Source: Nemertoderma westbladi (taxonomy: Eukaryota > Animalia > Xenacoelomorpha). Taken from it: a DNA stretch of 64,000 bases. The stretch is from positions 10,749-74,748 of the forward strand of contig JAUCBJ010002320.1 in NCBI GenBank assembly GCA_032718475.1, written 5' to 3'. Positions 50,501-61,000 of this stretch are shown piece by piece (the first letter of the stretch is position 1; the number at the start of each line of letters is the position of its first letter). Under the pieces are notes generated by a model. The model worked only from the letters and a program-made list of their open reading frames with translations. It did not search any database and was not told where the DNA came from. A program made the position numbers and the translations under genes.

Positions 50501-53500
50501 CCATGGCTTATATGTGCTAGGTTAATTAATATCTTGTTATATTTATTAATTTACAGTAGGTTCTACATGGTATGTAGTATTGTGCATGTGTTAGAAGAAA
50601 ATTCCCTACAACTTCTGTCCACTAACTAAAACTAATTCATGATCAAATTCAATATTAAAGTAAAATTACAAATAATTTATGTATTAAGAATAATAAATAG
50701 ATAATAGATTGTACATAAAAGAAAGCCAGAATACGATATCGTTAAAGTACCACCTGGGGTGTTTCGGGAATTTTTGGGGTGTATGATTTGATTCTATAAC
50801 AGTTGAAGAACTATTTGTAGAGACTTTTTTTGGATATATGATTTGATTCTATAACAGTTGAAGAACTATTTGTAGAGTGACTTTTTTGGGGTATATGATT
50901 TGATTCTATAACAGTTGAAAAACTATTTGTAGAGTGACTTTTTTGGGGTATATGATTTGATTCTATAACAGTTGAAGAACTATTTGTAGAGACTTTTTTG
51001 GGGTACATGATTGGATTCTATAACAGTTGAAGAACTATTTGTAGAGACTTTTTTGGGGTATATGATTTGATTCTATAACAGTTGAAGAACTATTTGTAGA
51101 GTGACTTTTTTGGGGTATATTATTTGATTCTATAACAGTTGAAGAACTATTTGTAGAGACTTTTTCGGGCTATATGATTTGATTCTATAACAGTTGAAGA
51201 ACTATTTGTAGAGTGACTTTTTTGGGGTATATTATTTGATTCTATAACAGTTGAAGAACTATTTGTAGATACTTTTTTGGGGTACATGATTTGATTCTAT
51301 AACAGTTGAAGAACTATTTGTAGAGACTTTTTTGGGGTATATGATTTGATTCTATAACAGTTGAAGAACTATTTGTAGAGAGACTTTTTGGGGGTATATG
51401 ATTTGATTCTATAACAGTTGAAGAACTATTTGTAGAGTGACTTTTTTGGGGTATATGATTTGATTTTATAACAGTGGAAGAACTATTTGTAGAATGACTT
51501 TTTCGGGGTATATGATTTGATTCTATAACAGTTTAAGAACTATTTGTAGAGACTTTTTTAGGGTATATTATTTGATTCTATAACATTTGAAGAACTATTT
51601 GTAGAGAGACTTTTTCGGGCTATATGATTTGATTCTATAACAGTTGAAGAACTATTTGTAGAGTGACTTTTTTGGGGTATATTATTTGATTCTATAACAG
51701 TTGAAGAACTATTTGTAGATACTTTTTTGGGGTACATGATTTGATTCTATAACAGTTGAAGAACTATTTGTAGATACTTTTTTGGGGTATATGATTTGAT
51801 TCCATAACAGTTGCAGAACTATTTGTAGAGAGACTTTTTCGGGGTATATGATTTGATTCTATAACAGTTGAAGAACTATTTGTAGATACTTTTTTGGGGT
51901 ATATTATTTGATTCTATAACAGTTGAAGAACTATTTGTAGAGACGTTTTTGGGGTACATCATTTGATTCTATAACAGTTGAAGAACTATTTGTAGAGTGA
52001 CTTTTTCGGGGTATATGATTTGATTCTATAACAGTTGAAGAACTACTTGTAGAGTGACTTTTTCGGGGTATATCATTTGATTCTATAACAGTTGAAGAAC
52101 TACTTGTAGAGTGACTTTTTTGGGGTATATGATTTTATTCTATAACAGTTGAAGAACTATTTGTAGAGAGAGTTTTTTGGGGTATATGATTTGATTCTAT
52201 AACAGTTGAATAACTATTTGTTGAGACTTTTTTGGGGTATTTTATTTGATTCTATACCAGTTGAAGAATTATTGTAGAATGACTTTTTCGGGGTATATGA
52301 TTTGATTCCATAACAGTTGCAGAACTATTTGTAGAGAGACTTTTTCGGGGTATATGATTTGATTCTATAACAGTTGAAGACCTATTTGTAGAGACTTTTT
52401 TTGGGGTATATGATTTGATTCTATAACATTTGAAGAACTATTTGTAGAGAGACTTTTTAGGGGTATATGATTTGATTCTATAACAGTTTAAGAACTATTT
52501 GAAGATACTTTTTTGGGGTATATGATTAGATTCTATAACAGTTGAAGAACTATTCGTAGAGACTTTTTTGGGGTATATTATTTGATTCTATAACAGTAGA
52601 AGAACTATTTGTAGAGTGACTTTTTTGGGCTATATGATTTAATTCTATACATTTGAAGAACTATTTGTAGAGTGACTTTATCGGGGTATATGATTTGATT
52701 CTATAACAGTTGAAGAACTATTTGTAGAGACTTTTTCGGGGTATATGATTTGATTCTATAACAGTTGAAGAACTATTCGTAGAGACTTTTTTGGGATATA
52801 TTATTTGATTCCATAACTGTTGAAGAACTATTTGTAGAGTGACTTTTTCGAGGTATATGATTTGATTCTATAACAGTTGAAGAACTATTTGTAGAGACTT
52901 TTTTGGGGTATATGATTTGATTCTATAACAGTTTAATAACTATTTGTAGAGTGACTTTTTTGGGGTATATGATTTGATTCTATAACATTTGAAGAAATAT
53001 TTGTAGAGAAACTTTTTTGGGGTATATGATTTGATTCTATGTAACAGTTGAAGAACTATTTGTAGAGACTTTTTTGGGGTATATGATTTGATTCTATAAC
53101 AGTTTAAGAACTATTTGTAGAGTGACTTTTTCGGGGTATATGATTTGATTCTATAACAGTTGAAGAACTATTTGTAGAGTGACTTTATCGGGGTATATGA
53201 TTTGATTCTATAACAGTTGAAGAACTATTTGTAGAGACTTTTTTGGGGTATATTATTTGATTCTATAACAGTTGAAGAACTATTTGTAGAGTGACTTTTT
53301 TGGGGTATATGATTTGATTCTATACATTTGAAGAACTATTTGTAGAGTGACTTTTTCGGGGTATATGATTTGATTCTATAACAGTTGAAGAACTATTTGT
53401 AGAGAGACTTTTTCGGGCTATATGATTTGATTCTATAACAGTTGAAGAACTATTTGTAGAGTGACTTTATCGGGGTATATGATTTGATTCTATAACAGTT

Positions 53501-56500
53501 GTAGAACTATTTGTAGAGACTTTTTTGGGGTATATTATTTGATTCTATAACAGTTGAATAACTATTTGTAGAGTGACTTTTTTGGGGTATATGATTTGAT
53601 TCTATACATTTGAAGAACTATTTGTAGAGAGACTTTTTTTGGGTATATGATTTGATTCTATTATAACAGTTGAAGAATATTTGTGAAACCATGACAATAG
53701 ATTATCATTAACGCGACAATTAGCCGTAACGCGACTTTTAGAGTAGCCGTACCGCGACTTTCAAAGTCACGTTACGGATACTCTGAAAATTAGCCGTAAC
53801 GCGACTTTCCGTAAAGCGACATTAGCCGTACCTCCACTGCGCCCCTCCATCTACTTCAACTGGATGGTATTGACTGGGTCGTATCGGACAGGGTATTGCC
53901 TGATAACTTTATAGAAGTAAAAGTGTCTGAGTCTGTACTCCCAGATATTCCAATTGGCGAAATCTCATTTGCAGAAGTAAAGGCTGCTGCAAAGAGCATT
54001 AAAACCAATCGTTCCAGTGGCGTAGATGGTGTCCCTCCTGAGGTCTTTAAATTACCTGAGTGTTTGAAACTCATTTATCCCATCATAGTAGACATGTACA
54101 GAACGACAAGAGTCCCACAAGAAATTAAAACAAATAAGTTTGTGCCAGTTCCCAAGAAGGGCAACCTAACACTCCATGGTTCTTTCGGGGAATCTCATTG
54201 ATCTCGATTGCTGCAAAGCTATGCAATATCTATATTAAATCGCATCAGGGATCTAATTGAGAGACTGCTCCATGGAAATCAGAATGGTTTCCGTAAAGGT
54301 CGTGACACCATGGAGCCCATTTTGGCACTTAGAAGGATAATTAAAGAGTTATCAAAAAAGAAAGACAGGCATCTTGGCATCTTTGTTGACTTCTTCAAGG
54401 CCTTTGATTCAGTCTCTCGCTCACGTATGTTCAGCATACTTTCGTTATATGGGATTCCTGAGGAAATTATTACAGCAATCAGATCAGTATACGATGGTTC
54501 GACAACATTTGTGTCTACTGTTGATGGTGACACAGAACCATTTGAAGTATTATGGGGCGTCCTCCAGGGAGACACACTTGCACCATTCCTGTTCATAATT
54601 GTGGTTGACTATATTCTACGCATGTCCTTATATCATCACAATGATGATGGGGTGATGGTAACTCCACCGATGGGGTGATGGTAACTCCAGAAATCCTGCC
54701 ATGTACCTATCTGGTCTAGACTTTGCTGATGACTTAGGAGTACTCTCAGAATCACTAGAGGGAGCCCAACGGCTCCTCAGCTCATTAGAACAGGCTGCTT
54801 CTAGTGTTGGTCTTTTTATTAACTCCAAAAACGACCAAAAGTTGACAGTTAACTTTGAAAGTCCTCAGCAAGTCTCTGACCGGATGAGCATAAGCTCAAA
54901 GGATGGTATGCTTGAGCATGTGGACGACTTCTGTTAGCTGGGTTCATGGATCCGAAAGTCAGGCGAGGACCTTCGAATACGTAAGGGAAAGGCATGGGTA
55001 GCTTTGAATAGGATTTCCAGGATTCAGAAATCACTGAGAATTAATCGGAAACTTAAGGTCCGATTTTTTAAATTGTTGCATCAGTAGTTCCAGTACTCCT
55101 CTATGGGAGTCCATGCTGGGCTCTAACTGCTAAGGACACCAAATCTCTGGATGGCACATTCACAAGAATGCTACACCAGGTTCATTGTGTCAAGTAAAAT
55201 GCACACATCTCCAACCAGACACTATATAACATTGGAGGTGTCTCATTGGTTCCCCCAAGCTTGACACTAGGACAAAGCCGCCTCTGCTTTGCAGGTCATG
55301 CTTTCGCCGTGAGGACCAGCCAGTGCATAATATTGTGATTTGGCAGCCTCATGGAGTGTATAAGCATGGTGGACAGCCCATTAATTTATTGGGACGCACC
55401 TTAAAGGACACTGGAATGGCCTTGAAGATGCAGATGTTCTACCAAATGTCATGGGTGATAGGGAGTTGTGGCGGCGCAATTTTGTCGACAAGCCGGCACA
55501 GCATTCTTAAAAATGCAGCTGCAATGCAGCATGCCGATCCTAGTTGTAGGCACTATGCTATAGCTACCAGTCAACCAGTCTGTTGACCCATTTAAGAATC
55601 ATAGTATTTATTTATAGTAATATAATGTTGGGTTACTATGTTACTATCTTACTATGTTACTATCTTATTTAGGAATAATTTACTAGCGAATATTTTGATT
55701 GTAAAGATGTATGTAACATCTACCCGGTACGAGGAAGTGACACAGTCGCTTGTTTATTCTGGAATTATGGATATAATGCGTAAGTTGTCAACCAACAGAC
55801 TTCCAATTTATGTTTATGTTACGTAGTTAACTAATCGCCCTTCAAAATAATTTCCATATTGATTTTTTACCTTAGCCCATGATTTTAATTATAATTCAAA
55901 TTAATTGAAAACGATTCAACAATCCAATTATTTAATTTGAGCAAGGCAGCACGAATTAGCATGAATGCTAATTACAAAGTAAAATATATTGGTACTATTG
56001 GGTATCACAACGTACCCAAACTGGCCACACAGCTCGGTGCAGCCAAAACAGTGTTACACACAATGGGAATACGATTTAATAGATAGTTAGTTAGTTAATT
56101 AGTTAGTTAGTTAGTCTAGTTAGTTAATACGTAGCATTTAATGCTAATAAATTAAACAAATTGTATTAATAAATAATCTAGCAGAATATTTGAGCGCCCT
56201 GAGGAAAGACTTTGAATATCCGTTTCTCTTGAAAATCACCTTTGGGAGATTCCTTTATACAAAAGACAAAATATCTATTTGGATATAAGACATGGTAGAC
56301 ATCGATTGAATAACTAGACTTTTCGTATTATAAAACTATATTTGCGAGTCTTACTTACTATTACTTACCTGTAATTTTATTAACTGTTTCTGATGTTCTG
56401 GCCTCACATCAGGATTCAGTCATCATCACCAAAGGAACAGTTTGAGATTGTCCATAGATTAGACTGCAGTGGTCTCGATGGTTTTGAGTTCAGTCCCACA

Positions 56501-57042
56501 GAGCTGTCCATTTTTCGTAAACTTTTTAACTGTTCTCGGACTCTGTTAACATTAAGCAACCACTCTCAGCCGAACCAGCTGTACCTCCCCCATCAGCTTG
56601 GAGAGTAAAGCAACTTATAGGTTGGTGAGAATATTCAACCCTGGGAGAGAGAGGCGCTCATCCGTTCTTATACTGAAGTCAATATTTATTTAATTCCACT
56701 GCTGACACAACCAATTGCATATGTAATAATTGTCAAAAATTAAAGTAAACAAAAATGTTAACTGTGTTTATTTGCCTTCGGTGTCTTGGGTTTCACATTC
56801 ATCACCGATCACACTTTCACTAGTGAAACACCAAAATTTAGATTCATAACTTCCACCATAACAACAATTTACTGTAGATTCACAATCCGCAAGATAATAT
56901 TCTCAAATTTAATGTGTTTATTGCAGCTTCAGTTGGAGGAACCATGGGATTATATCTCGGCGCGAGTCTGCTTACAGTTATTGAGGTCGCTGAGTTTCTA
57001 ATGAGGATGATTTCATGCCAATTATACACAGGGACATCCTAA
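17233..57042 (+). CDS. DEG/ENaC/ASIC-family ion channel, 9 exons, ~555 aa
   Basis: Exons 17233-17588, 18227-18400, 35022-35192, 38803-38909, 39627-39817, 49617-49827, 50286-50520, 55673-55779 and 56927-57042 are all GT-AG and phase-compatible, summing to 1668 nt. Motifs: STTLHG, TM1, FPSVTICN, GLCYT, Cys-rich thumb, GGTMGLYLGASLLTVIE. AATAAA at 57091. Confidence 0.9.
18227..18400 (+). CDS. DEG/ENaC exon 2 (TM1, FPSVTICN)
   Basis: TTTTAG acceptor and GTGAGT donor. Confidence 0.92.
20920..24525 (+). mobile_element. Degenerate Gypsy LTR retrotransposon internal region
   Basis: Knuckle CYRCGISGHKVPQC, protease DPGANHS, RT WATPLVIVPKPDGRVRICGDYK and YMDE, RNase H, integrase SDNGPQF..SNGAAER. Many stops and frameshifts; LTRs not identified. 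Confidence 0.9.
25934..29176 (+). mobile_element. L2/Crack-clade LINE (APE+RT ORF2, no ORF1)
   Basis: TSD TAAACT at 25928 and 29177, with the Gypsy protease frame resuming across it. (TAT)n tail and 3' hairpin GCAGGCGCCCT..AGGGCGCCTGC. Confidence 0.9.
26115..29038 (+). CDS. LINE ORF2 endonuclease/reverse transcriptase, frameshift near 26444
   Basis: HNVQSL, GGGIA, VYRPP, GDVN, SDH, GVPQGSVLGP, YADD, LHWLPV, FKSKLKTYLF. Confidence 0.92.
29935..29975 (-). ncRNA. Minimal type I hammerhead ribozyme motif
   Basis: TCAC-CTGATGA-C-AAATTT-aat-AAATTT-GAAA-CGTG-TT-GTGA: stem I, conserved core, stem II and short stem III. Confidence 0.7.
30475..30515 (+). ncRNA. Minimal type I hammerhead ribozyme motif (second arm)
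   Basis: TCAC-CTGATGA-CAAATTT-aat-AAATTC-GAAA-TGCG-TT-GTGA. Confidence 0.65.
33088..34020 (+). mobile_element. Degenerate RTE-clade LINE fragment
   Basis: DFDDDL and LFYGSPC motifs; closely homologous to 54420-55320. Confidence 0.8.
35022..35192 (+). CDS. DEG/ENaC exon 3
   Basis: Polypyrimidine-CAG acceptor, FMRAAGHQIE, GTAAGT donor. Confidence 0.85.
35497..35824 (+). mobile_element. Possible short HINE/DINE-like element
   Basis: GAACCCG with an adjacent partial inverted repeat, a TGTA microsatellite, then CGGGTTC and a CTAG end. Confidence 0.35.
36050..36770 (-). mobile_element. Degenerate Penelope-like reverse transcriptase fragment
   Basis: Minus-strand frames give GDKIGNIIIIDD..LQDDSSYGKL, LNSIIQPLL..PHFVK and EIDVVDM*PSIDHD. 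Confidence 0.65.
37468..38308. repeat. 20-bp repeat arrays (TTCGGACCTTCGTCCCA-like) in inverted orientation, probable DNA-transposon subterminal repeats
   Basis: About 11 tandem copies at 38089-38308, with inverted copies at 37468-37510. Confidence 0.75.
38803..38909 (+). CDS. DEG/ENaC exon 4
   Basis: CWNVNTVCSAADF..NGLCYTY; TGCAG acceptor and GTAAAT donor. Confidence 0.88.
39627..39817 (+). CDS. DEG/ENaC exon 5
   Basis: LVFAINAESYEY..VYLTIHE..AGTSTELGI; TTTAG acceptor and GTGAGT donor. Confidence 0.88.
41314..44840 (-). CDS. Gypsy pol (protease, RT, RNase H, integrase)
   Basis: DTGA, WCHPIVVTPK..RICADL, VIDD, TDAS, TDHKPL, SDF..TDQGPQY; the third integrase acidic residue reads K. Confidence 0.95.
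44841..46079 (-). CDS. Gypsy gag, frameshifted near 45100
   Basis: ORF 45087-46079 plus zinc knuckles CFHCGQNNH..C and CICCGGIGHFAPVC in a different frame. Confidence 0.85.
47180..48275. mobile_element. DNA-transposon-like region with repeated palindrome AAATTTGGTGCTAGCACCA; related segment at 40001-40418
   Basis: The motif and ACAAGTTTGA recur several times. TTAACCCC at 40001 and GGGGTC.TATTGACC at both ends. Confidence 0.5.
49203..49472. repeat. 12-bp minisatellite (CCTTGTTGTATA)n
   Basis: About 22 near-perfect copies. Confidence 0.95.
49617..49827 (+). CDS. DEG/ENaC exon 6 (thumb cysteines)
   Basis: YSISACLSECNAQFVIEKCNC; TACAG acceptor and GTATGT donor. Confidence 0.9.
50286..50520 (+). 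CDS. DEG/ENaC exon 7
   Basis: CEANCTVPCSEWDY..WP. Two in-frame acceptors 9 nt apart (50285 and 50294); donor AG|GTTAAT. Confidence 0.82.
50771..53685. repeat. ~61-63-bp tandem satellite, about 47 copies
   Basis: Unit TTTTTGGGGTATATGATTTGATTCTATAACAGTTGAAGAACTATTTGTAGAG(TG)AC, head to tail with no spacers. Confidence 0.97.
53856..55500 (+). mobile_element. Degenerate RTE-clade LINE
   Basis: GVDGVPPE, PVPKKG, QNGFRKGR, FVDFFKAFDSV, GVLQGDTLAPFLF, DFADDL; several frameshifts. Confidence 0.9.
55673..55779 (+). CDS. DEG/ENaC exon 8
   Basis: NILIVKMYVTSTRYEEVTQSLVY; TTTAG acceptor and GTAAGT donor. Confidence 0.85.
56927..57042 (+). CDS. DEG/ENaC exon 9 (TM2 with GAS filter)
   Basis: SVGGTMGLYLGASLLTVIEVAEF; stop TAA at 57040-57042. 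Confidence 0.92.
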
Positions 57043-58019
57043 CAATTGTAAACAGGGATGTTCTAAACCAAAGCTTTATCTTTGAATGGGAATAAACCAT
57101 AGCTGATTTTCTCAGATTTACCGTATAAATATGTTGCTTGTATTATTATTGTTATACAACTTGTACATGTGTATGTATATGTATGTATATTATATGAATT
57201 GTGGTTCGATGTCAACAAGCGATCGTATAAAAATGGATCTCATTACGAATTGTTACAACCTCCAGAATAAATCATTCTCGTCTAGGCACTCTCGCATCCT
57301 CGAGTTTTTCAACGCGATATAGACACCGACCCTACAAAGCACTATCACTTAGTATCATTATGTTCCTTGTGGTGCTGGGCACGCTGGTATTACGGGATGT
57401 TTGTTTCCAACACCACCCCCCCCCCAACCCCACTTGATAACATAATATAACTAGTACTGATACGATTGACTGACGTATTGGATAATGTGCAATAGGATTA
57501 TCGTGCGTATGTTAATCATATATTTCATGTTTGCTGCCCAACGTGTATATATAATTCGGTTCCGCCTGATTTTATTTCTGCCTTATTTCACATTTTATTT
57601 CTATGTTGTTTATAATCATGATAAATAAATAATTTTAATATATGGCTTATGGTTATATATTATTATATGGTTATAAGCAGATTAGATAAAGGCAACACCC
57701 GTTAACAAGCAAAAACAAGCTAATATAAACAAATTTGGTTGGGTGTATGCTTAACTGCACTATTAGTCCCTTATTTATCTATTACTGTCCTCCCTAAAGA
57801 TAATTGATAACAACCCTGTAACGTACGGCTGAATGGCTTTTTAGTTTAGCTAATACGTAATAATATACATAATTTCTAAGTCAGTCACTTTCAGCGTACC
57901 TGTATTAGGCCTACAGAGCTATAATAGTGCGTGAGGATTTCTAGAAAGCTGTTTCCTTAACAGCAGATGTATTTATTCCCACATACGATTACAATAATAG
58001 GGACATATGTAATTATTTC

Positions 58020-61000
58020 TGTGTGGACTGTATATGTGTATAAAATGAAGAGTAGGTAAACTCCAACTATCACGGACCCGAGCATATATAATAATAAAAT
58101 ATATATATAGATCAGTTGTAGATACCGGTATATGTAACAACAGTTGTTACCGGTACATAACGATAATACAGCGCAATATAATAGCTCTGAATACAGATTA
58201 AACAACATACAGCAGTACTCATGGCATGGCACGACGGCGACATGCAGACAGGTATGTAATATAGGTACAGTAGGCACCGGTACCGGTAGGTTAATAACAA
58301 TAGCTGAATAGTCAGACAGTCAAAGGCATGGCCTCTTGTAGGTTATGCAATATATATCCAAAGGCAGGGAGACTGAGTCTCGCACATACCCCCACGTCGG
58401 GACTGTAGGGAGCTGAGTCAGTCCCGAAATCTATCAGGTTTACGTATGGTGCGTCCAAAGAAGCTGACCAGCGATGCACTAGTGGGCACATGGTTAACAA
58501 CTTGGGTTAGTTGTTTAGTAGGAGTTGTAGATTGAGGAACGGCAGCACCCCCATGATTCAAAGGCACAGAGTTATTGACACTAAGGTCATTTCCCCCACG
58601 AATTGAGGTAGCTGGTTGATTGACCATGAGGTCATCGCCCTGAATGAACCCCTGGTTTGATAGATGAGAATCGCATTCAAGGGGGACCAAAAGGTGAACA
58701 GCCGATGTAGTTACACGTCCATGTAGGGAGAGTTCAACAGCTCGAGGTTGGCCATCATGAGAGGGCAGAACAGTTGTAACCCTGGCCAATGGCCACTGAC
58801 CTCTAGGGAGGTAGCCTCCTTTGAGGTTAGCTCGACGAACTAAGACAAGATCACCAACTGCAGGGACAGATTTAGGAGATTCGCTAGCAGCGGTGCGCCA
58901 GGAGCGCAGAGAAGCAAGGTACTGTGTAGACCATTGTCGCCAAAATTTACAAGCTAGTTGATCCCGAAATAGATTAGCGCGACTGAGCTGAGTAGAGTCT
59001 ATGGTTGCAGGGTCAGCAACCGAATCAATGGGTGGGGATCCATATAGGAAGTGACTGGGTGTCAGGGGGTGACAGTCATCAGGATCACTTGAGACCGCAG
59101 TGAGTGGATGGAGGTTGACAACAGCCTCCGCTTCAGTGATAACTGTCGCAAGCTCTGGTTCAGTGAGAGTACGACTATGACAGGTTATCTTGATAGACAT
59201 CTTCACTGACCTGACAAGGCATTCCCACCAGCCGCCCCAGTGAGGTGAGCGAACAGGGATAAAGGTCCAGGTAATGAAGTGTGATGGAAAACGCATTGCT
59301 GAGAGCTTCAGAAATGTCTTCGCATTGTCCGAGCGAAAGTTAACAGTTGTAAGAGGCCGCACACGACGTGCAAGAAAGCGTCGTATGGCGAGTTGTGTTA
59401 TAGGAGATGATCCGTTTAAAACGAGTTCTAAGTGCACGGCTCGGGATGAGGCGCAGGTACACAAAAGACAAAGACGTTTTGTACCATCTTTTAAAAATAA
59501 TGGGCCAAAAAAATCGATACCAGTAGTTTGGAACGGAACCAATGCCTGTGAGCGAAAAGATGGCAAGGCCGATTCAGAGGTATGATAAGGAGTGGCACGG
59601 TAGCGTTTGCAGGAAGAACAGTTAAAAATAATATGGCGAACCAGAGACCGACCGTGTGGAATCCAATATCTGCTGCGCAATAAGGCCAAGGTCGCTTCAG
59701 CACCTTGATGCATGAGGCAGCTATGATATTTTCTGACAAGCAGAGTAGCCAGGTGGCTATATCGAGGAATGATAGGGAGAGGTGGTTCACCAGTGCGGGG
59801 AACCAGCACCAAAACTTTACCCTTGATAGCAGGATGTAAAAGCTTGAGTGGTGATTGAGAAGAAACAGCACTATGTGTTTCCAGATGATGCAAGTCATCA
59901 TTATAGAACCGCCGTTGCTCGACTTGGATGAGTAGGCGTAGAGATGAGTCCATCTCTGATCCTGAGAGAGGACCAGTTTTCCGATCAGTGTCAGATTTTT
60001 GACGAATATTGTTAATATAACGATGGACCCAAGACAAAACTCGGACTGGATTTTCCAATGAGGAATATTTGGAGAGATCCAGGATATCCCAGTTTGATAG
60101 AGGTGCAACTGGTTCAATAGTTGCAAGTTGAGGAGGTGGCAAAGGTTCCACTGGCCAATAGCAGATGGGCTGAGTCAAGAATGGAGGACCATGAAGGTAC
60201 AGTGAGTTATTACAGAGATCTGATTTTCCACAACCACGGGATGGTATATCGGCAGGATTGAGAGTACCGGGAATAAATCGCCATTGCTGCGGTTCGGTAA
60301 GAGAGGCAATCTCAGTAAGCCGGTTCGAGACAAAAACATCACGCTTAGCCAAGCCCTTACGTATCCAGACAAGTGTACATTGTGAGTCACTCCACAAGAA
60401 TATACATCGGGGTTGAACAATATCAGTACGAATATGTTTAGAGAATCGTGCTCCAAGTAGAGCAGCCATAAGCTCTAACCGAGGAACGGATAGTGACGAT
60501 TTCTTAACAGATCTCTTAACCGGAGCCGCACGGGCTTTACAAAAATATAGGATTGGGAGAGAGCCCGGTTGAACTGCATACACAGAAAATGCATAGGCAT
60601 AGCTAGACGCATCACAGAAGATATGAAAGTCTGTTCCATCCTTCTGGAAGTTTATGCAGCGAGGAATTGAGAACACTGCACTTGACTCAGATACCCAACG
60701 CGACCAACACTGCTGGAGTTCAAGAGGCAGTTTGTCATCCCAAGATTTTGTAAGAATCCAGGCCCGCTGAAGTAGAATACGTGCTTGAAGAACCCATGGG
60801 GCAACAATGCCTAGGGGGTCGTAGACCTGAGCCGAAATCTGTACAATTTCCCGACGAGTAAATAGGGTAGGAGTTGGAAGATCTGAAGTGTTTACTGAAA
60901 GACTGTCCGTAATGGTATTCCAAGGAACCCCAAGAACTCTATCAGGGCAGTTAACAACTTTAAGTGTCATACCAGCACCTGCAAGAATTTCTATAGCTGA

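Noticed and set aside
50771-53685. Possible CRISPR array
   Set aside because: Units are head to tail with no unique spacers, there are no cas genes, and the context is a eukaryotic intron.
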